A stretch of DNA of 64,000 nt from Balanoglossus misakiensis (lineage: Eukaryota > Animalia > Hemichordata), in NCBI GenBank assembly GCA_040954595.2, contig CM082595.2:2465943-2529942 (forward strand), in the 5' to 3' direction. Shown here in pieces: positions 23,685 through 35,164 of the stretch. The stretch's first letter is position 1. Each line of letters begins with the position of its first letter. The translations under genes and the position numbers were made by a program. The notes beneath the pieces are model-generated. The model was given only the letters and a program-made list of their open reading frames with translations. It ran no database searches and was not told where the DNA came from.

Positions 23685-25530
23685 ATGAAGATACTAATCG
23701 ACACAGACGCAGGCATCGATGATGCGGAAGCAATATTGATGGCCCTATCCAAGCCGGATGTGGAAGTGGTGGGAATCACTTGTGTCCATGGCAACACTGG
23801 CGTCCACCAGGTCACAAAGAATGTCTTAAGAATCCTACAAGTAGCCAATAGACTTGACGTAAGTAGTCTCTATTAGGCTGAGGTGATGATGTATGTAATA
23901 AATTTATTGCAGAAAGAGTCCATGTACAGAGGTTAAAAACGATTGAAAGAGGTCTAGCATGAAAAGCTAAATGAACTGGTCTCTTTTCAGATTCCAGTTT
24001 TCAGAGGGGCTGAAACATCGCTAATCGGGGAGAAGGGTAGATCTTCGCCCTTTCATGGCCAGGACGGGCTTGGCGATGCCCCGGACCCTGCAAACCCCCC
24101 TGATGTCAGTATGGTCAAGTCCGAGCATGCAGTGAATGCCCTTATACGATATGCAAATGAGTTGAAGGGAGAGCTGACAGTGGTTGCCATTGGTCCACTA
24201 ACGAACATCGCCTTGGCGATGCGGCTTGACTCAGACTTTACTTCCAAACTGAAACATCTTATGCTGATGGGTGGTAACATTGAAGGTAAGAATCTAACCA
24301 AGAGTGTATTTTAACCCTTGAGAACTGCCTTTTGATATTTAACTCACCACTTCCAGAAAGGGACTTCTAGACAGCATGATTACCATTTGCAGATGCACTG
24401 TATTTTAATTGCAAATTAAATCAGATTTCACCCAGTTTTTTAACATATTGATGGATATACAGAAATTTCTATGTAGAAAAACTTTGTAATGACAGACCTA
24501 CAGTTAGTTACCCAAAGATTTAATCTACTGATAATATTTCTCATTACCTTACATTTCATGTACATACTGGTAGCTCGAGGAAGACTTAGCTTAACTGCGG
24601 AAACAAATTTTTACAATGACAAAGAAGCAGCATTTATTACATTGAAAGGTTGCAAATGTTCTCTGTCATCACTACCATACGAAGTCTGTCTACAAGAGAC
24701 GATTCCTTCGGTATGGATAATTTCCTGTGTAGATTCTAGTACAATGTAGTTGCATGTTGCTTGGCCAACATTTCGCAAGCATTGCTTGGACCACTTCCTA
24801 GTTTCACTGACTCAAAGTGTCTGTCACATGCATGGTTTCATCTTGAAGGGAAAGGCAATGATAAAAGCTTGTGTGGGGAGTACAATTTTGTCTGTGACCC
24901 CGAAGCAGCTCATACAACGTTACACCAAATCCAATGTCCTGTATCCATAGTTACCTGGGAAGTTTGCAGTCAGCCATTGAATAACTTTTCTGTAGTAAGT
25001 CAACTAAGTAATTATTATTTTGTACAACTATTCACTATTTAAGGTGGCCCTGCAGGGTTTCTTTCAAGGCCACATTTCTCGTCCAAGAAAAACTTACATT
25101 TTCATAAAACTGGTTACCAAATATTGCCAGGAGATATACTTTAGGATTTGACTGACTACCAGCTAACTTGTTTTCTGGTCTGCTTTGTCTCTGACTACAA
25201 AAGGAAACTTTTCTGGAGTGGACCAGTATGCTGACTAAGAAAGCAGAGTTTGTGAAGAGAATTCGACAGAAGCATATTGATGACGAGGTGTTTCAGCCCG
25301 TTGGTTATTTCCGTTCGTGTGATGCTCTGGCTGTGGCCGTACTTCTTCAGCCAGATATAGTTGAGAAATCTGAGAAGCATTATGCCACTGTTGAGCTGAA
25401 TGGAACTTGGACTCGTGGACAAATGGTCATTGATTGGCGTGGCATACTCCAGAAGGAACCCAACATTGATATCATCATGAACGTAAACAGAGCCGGATTC
25501 ATGGAACTTTTCAAAAATGCATTGATGTAG
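23685..25530 (+). CDS. Nucleoside hydrolase (IUNH family, Cys-type), with two alternative third exons
   Basis: Exons 23685-23858 (MKILIDTDAGIDDA, Ca-binding DxDxGxDD), 23991-24285 (FHGQDGLGD, VAIGPLTNIA, LMGG), alternative 24574-24710 or 24849-24994, and 25204-25530 (SCDALAVAV..VELNGTWTRGQMVIDW). Confidence 0.93.
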
Positions 25531-26160
25531 ATCTGAACAATTAATCCAATCCTACGCATAATAGCATACATTTATTGCCAGTGAAATTAGCAACAGTTTA
25601 AGCTGGTATGCACATCAGGGACAGATTTTCAATTAATCGATTAATTTTGTAGCAAGACTTCTTTTCTTATCATGTTTGTTGATTTATTTTTGCTGGGTGT
25701 GATTGTAATTTTTTACTGATCAAGAGAAACTTTTTAAATAAAGGCCCATTCATTGACATGGGCATTTCTACGGGTAAAAACAATAAGAGCTTGTGTCTGT
25801 GCATAGAACTGTTTAAAGGAAAACAAAAGGTCAGTTGTACACAAGATGCCCCTTTATATTTTAAGACTTGTTCATATTGGTTCCACCCTTCACCAAAATA
25901 TACAGCTTATTTTAGTTGTCCATATGCTACATACATATTCATCCAATGCCATTCATTTTCATGACCCTATGCATAAAATAAGACCTTTATATCCCTACAG
26001 TGTGTTGGTATGAGTTTACCATTTTGTACTTCCCTCTCTCTCGCTCTCTCTGCATTGTCGCCAACTAAATTACAAGCACTTTTCAATGTAAAAGTGGACA
26101 ACTTTCTGTGTGATTGTCTTGTTCTGTTGTTTTTTATTTGGGTCGCATGATGGCGCCCTT

Positions 26161-26173
26161 CAAAATGGCGGCC
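26161..26173 (+). promoter_or_regulatory. YY1-like motif CAAAATGGCGGCC near the PLEKHM1 5' end
   Basis: Matches the YY1 consensus, ~140 bp upstream of the first candidate ATG. Motif match only. Confidence 0.4.
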
Positions 26174-26299
26174 GTGTATTCATTCTGGGACTCCGTCGGT
26201 GTCGTCAGCTGAATATTGCTCGTTTTAAAATTTATCAGACAGAGTATGTTATCGTGGTATGGTTCAATCCCATAAACACCTCATACGAAGTTAAAGGAA

Positions 26300-29200
26300 A
26301 TGAATTTGATGGCCAAGAAAGGTGAGTAGTCGTTAGTTTTCTCATGTTGACGAACGGGCTTGGAATGACCATGAAATGTTTGACTGTAGTCTGCTGCTGA
26401 GCTGAGTGAGGTGTGAAACTGAAAGTACATTTGGACGTACAGTCCCCCCCCCCCCCCTGCTAGAAGTGACGATTTGGGCCCCAAAAAGTGAGACAGGTCT
26501 GATGGTTGATGTGAACATTTAATTTAATGACCCTGGTCAAAATTTGTGCCCTCATCGCAGATGGCCTTGATAGGCACGACATTTTCTAATAATGTAAACA
26601 TCTCTGCCACCCAACAACAATTTTCCCGCATATTGTTAACATTCTTTTCTAAAATTAAATTCTAGAAAAGAATTATATTCTAGAATAGAATTAAGAGAAT
26701 GTTAACAAAATGCATACTGGGATACTATGATGGGGGGGGGGGGGGGCTTACAACTTAATTTTGGCTATTTGGACACTTTGAAGTAAGGGATTATAAGCAA
26801 GTTGTATTATACTGTATTGACCCTGGATCTAGGTAATGCAATGATTTCGTGCAATCAAAAGTAGACACAGGCTTATTTGTATGAACTTAGCATGAGAAGA
26901 TAACCACTTTTGCCCTTGGAAGGTCCTTGAAAATATTTGTGAGTTTGAACACGGCGGGTAGCTTAAAATGTTATCCATTGGATTTTTCAAACTTGTCTGT
27001 CTAAATAAATAAACAAACATTAATATTCATGTAAAAGATTGCACAGTGATAGACAGAACTACGTGAGAAAGCGCCACCACTATTTCAAATATGGTTATCT
27101 TAAAGTCGTAACCTATGATACCCCAGATCACATGACCTACAAACACAGAAACCTTCTTATCTCCCTTGACCCCTGACCTCCAGTGAAGATTATTCACACA
27201 ACAGAGGCTGATTAGGTTATGTTTACATGTATATTGAAGAATTGAAACAAAAATTGGGGGACGTCTGCTGCTGACAACCAGCATGGCGACAACAGACTCC
27301 ACACTGGAAACCATAGAGGATCTGTTTGTTCAAGAAACTGGTCATCTATGTATGTGAGAACTTCTTGATTTTAAGATTCTTCTTTTATGTTGAAAATGAC
27401 AGTTTTCAGTCAGAGTGTTCTGTGGTTTTAATCCTCATTTTCTTCACGAAGGATGGGCCAGTGATTAAATTAGAACTATGAGACAGAACCTCGACAACAA
27501 TCAGATCACATTGTCTGTCATTTTGGTTAAATCAGCTCACTATGTATCTCAGTACATGTATATAGCTAACTTCATGTGAAACATATAGATCTTTTATACG
27601 ATACCAATGCTAAATACCAAATCGTGCATTTTGAGTGAGCCATATCAAGGTGGAACTTGAATGTTTGTTATATGGGTGTTATCAAACGCCCATTGCTGTG
27701 TAATTGAAAACCACAGAAGTTGACATTACTCGAGGATCAAAGGTCGAAAATCATGACATTAATTCCTATGCCTGTGCTTGTTTCCATGATAGTCAGGCAC
27801 CTGACTTTGTGCACTTAAATTTCTAACTTATTATTTATCAAATATTCTTCACAGTTTCCAACTAGGTAACATTTTTATATTAGCTATTTCTGGGTGAAAA
27901 ATGAGTGATACAGTTACTTGCATTGTAAACAAGTATCTGGTGATATGACTGGCCTCAGAAGTGACCTTTATTTCACTTCCTGATTTTATCGAAAGGAGGG
28001 TCAAGTTGATTTGCAGTGTTTTTTAACCCTTTCATCGCAATGGTTTGACCCAAATGCACTGTTTTCTATGGTAACATTGGACCTCTATAGAGAGAACTGG
28101 GGGTGAGAGGGTTAAGGGTGATAACATTAGGTAATTCTACACTGCAAAAACCCACCACTACATGTATGTCTGCTGTTTTTAACTCACAAAATGTTCTGCA
28201 AAGCTGAATATTCATAGACTGCGATTTAAAAATAAAACAAGCAGATGGTGTGATAAATATGGAAGTAAAATAGTAAATAACAGGCAATCCAGATGATACA
28301 GAGTTATGATAAATAATTGTATGTCTGACAGTGAAACACAATCACATAAATTTGACATCAATTCTGTGATGTATGGCAGGTCCTGGTCCACAAGAAGACA
28401 TTTCAGAATTCCATGACAGGATCCGTAGGAATCTAAGCAAGGAATTATCAAGAGTCATCAAAAAGGTAAATACATGTATAGTGAATTAAACCAGTATAAT
28501 CCAGAAACCTGTCTAACATTGACAGTTTTTCTTATCACATGTACATGTAAAGGTATGTTCATTTAAATGTTTTTCAATTCTATTTTTTAGATCCAGCATG
28601 ATCACATAAGCTCTGATTCAGCAATTCGAAGGTGAGTATAACAAAACGAGTATGATTCATGCTAAGGTGATAAATCTAGCTCACAGGGTGCGTCATGAGA
28701 TTTATTGCTGTCACTAGATTTTCAAGATCGATTCCTCATCAGGCAAATTGGCTTATATGACAAGTAATTGCAGGTCAATAAAGTATATTTTTATGAATGC
28801 TGCATCTGAAATTCATGTATTGTATTATATTTTCTACCATTTGTATATTATAAACAGTGGGGACACTGCCAATGGGGTTTGCCATGTCGTAGAGGCTGTC
28901 TTCTTGCATGGGCTTAGGGAGTCATTCTCAAACAAGGTAAGTGTGTGATGTTTGCAAGTCTTGTTAATGTTCTAGATGTGTCCCACTCCAATATTCTCTT
29001 GATCTGTGTTTGTAACCTCATTGTATATCCAGCCCATGTATCCCTCTATTTGTGAGAAATTGCATCGGAAAAGAAGAGACAATAGAAAATGATGCAAAGG
29101 AGAAAGGCAAATTATTTATCCATTTTGGGTTTTCTAGCGAAAAGACTATTTCTACATCAAACAACTAAAATCAATCTTCACATACAGAAGTTTAAATTTG

Positions 29201-32200
29201 TGAAGTATGTATTTTATTTTGAATTTTGTATCCTTCATTTATGATTTCTTTTTAGTTGTCCAGTTATTTTGGTTCAGGTCAATCAGGAAAGTCGCAGTCT
29301 CTGGTATGTCAGCTGTTTTTGCGTGTTTTGTGTTTCTTTTAGATTTGATTTCAATCACTTTAATCTTTCTTGTTTGAATTTGGGTGATTTTGGGTGAAAT
29401 AATCTCGGTTTTGACTCTTCATCTCACTGAAATATTTGCATCGTTCCTAACCCTCTTCTGTTCCCATGTTTATCTTCACCTCATTCCTGTCTACCGCTAC
29501 CTCATTCCTACTCTTTTGACTTACCCATGGTGCTTGTGTACACTAACCCATAACATTTTCTCTACTAAGCTTTCTATATTAGACACATCAAATAAAAGAC
29601 ATGGAAGGGAGCCCTCTGCTCTCTGGTCGGCACTTAGCCACTAAGTATACACTCTGGTTCACACTGCCAATTCTAATATAAATTTTTGTGTTTCTAGAGT
29701 TTCTGGCAGTTTTTAGTCAGTTTTACTCACAAGGATGTGGTGAAACAGCTCAACCATCTTGCACATATCACAACAGAGATTGGACAGTGCAGGGTAAGTA
29801 TATATAATTATTTATCTTTTCAACTAGCCTGGCCACCAGCTGTGGATTTTAGATGAAGAATGGAGTGTTTGTGTACAAAGTTCATGATTAACCATCCCTT
29901 GCACCACTGAACCCTTTCATGGCTCAGTCCAAACTCATTATTTTCTTTCATAAGATTGGACCTCTAAAGAGGTTACATAGCCATTTGCTTTAACATTAAA
30001 TGTCTGATTTCAGGCATGGATACGGCTGGCCTTGAACGACGGTCTGATGGAGAGCTACATCAGCACCATACTGCAAGACAGCAAGAAACTCGAACAATAC
30101 TACCACAGATACAGTTATCTGAGGGACTCGGAACAGCCACACATCATGAAGAATTACCTACAAGGTAGGCTTGAAATTCCAACCTGTGTACACACGTACA
30201 ATCTCTTTTGCATGCTTGCATGGAGGCGGCCATTTTTGAGTGTAACACCCATTTATTTATCATGACACTAATGCTGCACACGTCTCTCTATTGCAGGTCT
30301 TGGCAACTTTGTCTTCCAACTATCTTACAATTCATCTGTTCTCAACATGTGGGGTTCGACGCCGCTCAAGCTTGCCGGACTTGGGGGGCCCAGTGAGGAA
30401 TTTCCATCGGCTGTTGTGGCAGTCAGCACTTCTCCCTCTGGTGAGTTTCATCATTTATGTATCAGATCTTAGAAAGCAAAATTTACACTATATGAACATT
30501 ACATCAAGAAGAATGTAAAATAATAGTGCTATACACAAAATAAAAACAGGCATAGCTGCAGCGTCAATATGTGAGATATTGGACAAGGTATCGGCAAACA
30601 GCATTTGTCCAAAGCTGGGTTTAGCCGGTTAAAACCCAAGAAAACGCGAAATTATAAATGGCTGTGACCATGAATGGAAAATCAAGTGTATAAACATGTA
30701 CACTCTACGCGTGAAAATTTTGAAAGTATACTTTTATGCTTCTGATGATAAAATTTACATTGTGGACAATTGTTGTCCACAATGCAGAAAACGTCACTGT
30801 CGAGACTCCTCCAAGCTGCCCTGTTGCAATCACTGCCAAGAAACCAGGCAAGAAACACAAAGCGAAAACCAGACAAGCTGATGAAGTCAGCACTGGTAGC
30901 GGCAGTGGTCTGGATGATATTGTGAGCCCGTCGGCAGAGTACAGTTTTCGGGAGAGCGAGATGAGTTCTGGTCTCCTAGCAACACCTCCGGATGACAGTA
31001 TGTTGTCAAGGCATGGTGGGAATGTATCGGTTGAGGTTGATGGTAATCAGCATGTAGCATCGCAGGTGAGCGAGTCCAGTCATGCGGACGGAGAAATATC
31101 TGATACAGTTGATGTGAAAGAGAGCAGCGAGAGCGCTTCAGTTGAACAATCGCAGCAGGAAGCTATTGTGGCAGAAAAAGAAATGATTTTTGAAACGGAG
31201 CAAATCGGCGATCTCCATGTGGATGTTACAAACACGGAAACATCACAGGAGGGTGATAATGGAAATAACGCAGATGACATGAACTTAGACACGGCAAAAT
31301 TGACTTTGTCCGTTTCTCCTAAAATGAGAGTGAGCCCCAGACTAAGCGATGCGGTCGCCGAGGTTACGGTCGCCGCGAACGTCGACGAGGCCGCGGAAGC
31401 CGCACAGGGATATGTGGAGACTGTGGATAATAACATGAGCGATGACATTGAAACTGGGATCGCTGCAGGAGAGGATGACGATGTGTTGAATTGCATGGGA
31501 AACAGTCTGATTGCGCGGAGTGGGTGGTCGTCGGAATTTGAAAAACAGCGGACACCAGAGACGCCGGATAGGGATGTATTGTCCCCCATGAGGGAAAGAG
31601 GTGAGATATAGAAGCTTGATTATGTTTGAGATCATTTGAAGTGTTGTCCTTATGGATGTGCACACAGAACGTACACTTGAAAACTGTGCCAATTTATGCA
31701 TGTGTCACTTCACATAGGATTACATTGAGATTGCTAAAAAAACTCGCTTCTACTATTGTTATTTTTGTGAAATTTTTTGTGCATAGCTCAGTCAAATAAA
31801 AATAAATTCATCAGTCAAATAAAATCATATGGTCACTGCTGCTAGAAAGTTCAAATGTAACCTCTGGCCTTGAATAAGAATACATATTTTCCCCCATCTT
31901 AGGTGATAGTTTCGGTACATTGCTACAGAACTACAACCCCAACAACCGAACAGCACCTTCACCGATGATAGCTAGTCTGCTGACACAGGTTCCAGACAAG
32001 GACAAAGGACCAGCTAAGGATCAGGTTTGTCAATCTGTCTTAGAAATTAGCACCCACATCACAGACAAATATTATGCCATATTTAATGAATCATTCCCAC
32101 ATAATAATGACTGTCGTTTTTGTTCATAACACTCCAAAACTTTCCCTGGTTTTTGTGCATGGCCATCTTGATTTGATCATTATATAGACTCACATGTAGA

Positions 32201-35164
32201 AATTGGGTGTAAAAGTTATGTTCACATAACAAATGCTAACCCATCTTTTCCATGTTCCCTCCATGCTTTGCATCCCCACCTATCCTAACAGCTTTCCAAT
32301 ATACACAACTAGTTCAGCTAACAGGGTCACCATATAAAATTTTGATCTGAGAACAAACTTATCCCCTTATTTCCTGCTGTAAAAGAAAATTGCAGAAAAA
32401 TATCTGCTTTTTACTTGGGCCAAATTGACCTTTGTTTAACTTACCTAGTGTCATTCTCAAAGTCAATTTTGGGTGCTGCTGCTGGTAATGTTGTCATCCC
32501 TGCTTGCCCAACTGACCTTACACAGACTGCAATAAGGGTGTTTGTGTTCTTTAATGGTACAGAAAAGTATATTTAGTTAGGTTATGTGTTAGTGTAGAGA
32601 TGTCGAGTTGAGAGTTGATCTTAGTGGCAACAGTAGAATTGAAGTCACAATGATAGATTGCTCAGTATAGTAACTTGTTATTCTGAATTATGTGGTGAAA
32701 AGTACAAATCATTAAAGTGAGTACCCAGAGGAGAAGACACAGGCAAGCCATTCACCCCTAAACTGTTGTGGTTCAACCCCATTATGCTGTGCTCATTGGT
32801 GTAGTCGGACCCATGCACTATGTAAAGGGGGTGAAAGGCTGACAGGTGTTTCCGTCTTGTCGTTTTTGCAGTCCGGGGCCGACACGTCAGAAGACAGAAA
32901 TTCTGAGACAGACAATGATTTTGAAGTAGTTCCTCTGGCCCAGTCTATGACAGCAATTTCCAATGACCCTGTAAGTTTAGATTAGATTTTTATTTTCTGA
33001 TCAACGATTCCATGCAGGTTCATTTTTACTACCAAGACCACCAAAGCTGCCAAAGTCACGGTTAATGTTCATCATGTAATTCTTTTTATAGGAAATTTTC
33101 AAAGCAAATTTCACCTTCATTTAACGCAACATTCATTCTGATAAAAATTAAAGGAAATTTATATGCTTTTCAATGATTTTTAAAGTCATTTTCTGTGTTT
33201 AAAGCTTGATGGTCTTAAGGGGTAATTACACAGACCTGCATGTTTCATTTAATTTTTTTTGCCTTTTTTGTTAATTTATTGATCTATTCTGTCCTCTTTG
33301 TTTCCTTTTACACTGTTTGATTTTTATTTGTAGACAATCTAGCCAGCGGTGGGAATGGGGCAGGGGGCCAGTCTAAAAATTACTGAGAAATTTATGTATA
33401 ACTTTTTAACATGCATGTCCAACCACAATCCACCCTGATTCCATACGTGGTATCATTGCTTGAGATATTTCAGTTTGTCCTGCCCACATCCTTGTGCCAT
33501 CTGCTTTAAAAACAATTTTCCACACACATACATATATACACATACAGTCACACACTGCTATACTTTAATATTTGCAAGCATAGACAGTAGAGGGGTGCAT
33601 AGACATAGACAGTAGTCTATGGTGCAAGTAGATATGTGTTGTGCACAGAGTCACAGACAGTGAAACACAAAACCAAGTGGTACATAGTCACTGAACTGAC
33701 AATATGTATTTCTACACACTTGTGTTCTATCCCCACAGAGAACCCATGAGTTGCTGACAATATTGACAGAGCTGTCCACAGAGAAAGGTTTAGACTCGCA
33801 GAATTATCAATGCAAGGGATGCTCGCGACCGATTGGCATTAGTAAGTATGGAATCTACCATGCAGTAATTGCCTTGTGTAAGACAGTACTTGAGAAAGTT
33901 AACTGACAAGATAATACCTCTGATGTTTTGTTTATTTGTCCACAGTTTATGGTAAAGCTAAGGTTTGTAATTACGACTCGTGTTACTACTGCTATGAGTG
34001 TCACATTGATGATGAAGCCATCATTCCAGCTAGGATCATCCACAACTGGGATTTCGGGAAACACAAAGTGGCAAAGTTGACCAGGTTATTTCTGCAACAG
34101 ATCGAAGACGAACCGTTGATAAATTTGAAACAGTGCAATGCTAGTATTTATAGCTACATCAATGAACTCAGCGATGTCAAGGTAGGTATACATACCTTAT
34201 AAGACTGCCTGTGTGTATGTTTATGTGTGTGTCTGACTAGGTGACAGCCAGAAAGTTAATATTTCCAATTTCTTAAAAGCAAAATATCCACTAATAGTTG
34301 TGTTTTTATGCTTCCTTAATAGCAACTGAGGATGCAACTCAATTACTTGAAGGCCTACTTATTTACATGCAAGCAGTCAGTGGCTGAAGACCTCAGAAGA
34401 CGCATCTGGCCAAGAGAGTACATGCTGGATAATGTACATTTGTACTCTGTTGCTGTGAGTTATCAAGGATTATTCTGATCTTCCATGAGTGCTACCTCGC
34501 CTATTGCTTGTGTCAAGTAAACCAAACTATTCCTCCAAGTCCTACAATTTCACTGCTGGACATTGGGATGTGGTGGTAATGGGTTTAGACACAGTCCCAG
34601 AAGTTTAACCCTTTCACCAAGAAAAGAAAATGCTAGATTTTAAAAATTTCTCTGTGCTCATGGCAGTTGTAATTGACACTGTCACAATTCGTTAACGTTC
34701 CAGGATCTGAAACAAGTGCAGACAGGCCAACAAGCTCAGAACTTGAAGAAGATTATCAATTTTGCAGCAAAGCATGTGAAAGGATGTAGTCTGTGCAGTC
34801 AAAAGGGATTCATCTGCGAAATCTGTGACAATCCAAAAGTTATTTATCCCTTCGATTTGGAGTTGACTGTCAGGGTGAGTATGCTGCCACCTGAATTTAA
34901 CCCTTTCACAACCATGGTTTGGTCCATATCCGTTGTTGTCTATGGCAAAGTTGGACCTCTATACAAGGAATTGGGGTTGAAAGGGTTTATAACGTCTTCT
35001 GTTTTATTTCTCTTTGCCTCCAGTGTGAAAAGTGCAAAACAGTTTTCCACAAAACATGCAAGACTGATGCAAAGGCTTGTCCAAAGTGCAACAGAAGAAA
35101 ACTGCGACAATTAGACAATAGTCAGCAGTCTGGAGAAGTTGCCTTTGCATCGCCATGGCCCTGA
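26300..35164 (+). CDS. PLEKHM1: PLEKHM1-like RUN- and RH (zf-RING_9)-domain lysosomal adaptor
   Basis: First exon 26300-26321 (or 27283-27349), then 28380-28465, 28591-28631, 28858-28936, 29256-29303, 29698-29793, 30014-30164, 30297-30440, 30788-31600, 31903-32024, 32872-32970, 33739-33841, 33946-34181, 34323-34454, 34704-34874 and 35024-35164. RUN domain [28 protein letters not shown]; RH domain [40 protein letters not shown]. First-exon choice is uncertain. Confidence 0.88.
28023..28115. mobile_element. ~90-bp piggyBac-like MITE
   Basis: TTAA-CCCTTTCA...TGAGAGGG-TTAA. Related copies at 34897-34989, ~51232-51321 (inverted), and degenerate copies at ~29910 and ~32750. Confidence 0.65.
34897..34989. 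mobile_element. ~90-bp piggyBac-like MITE, second copy
   Basis: TTAACCCTTTCA..CATGGTTTGGTCC..CTATGG..TTGGACCTCTATA..TGAAAGGGTTTA; same internal sequence as the copy at 28023. Confidence 0.65.

Noticed and set aside
31080-31589. 169-aa antisense ORF within the large PLEKHM1 exon
   Set aside because: Shadow of the acidic coding exon.
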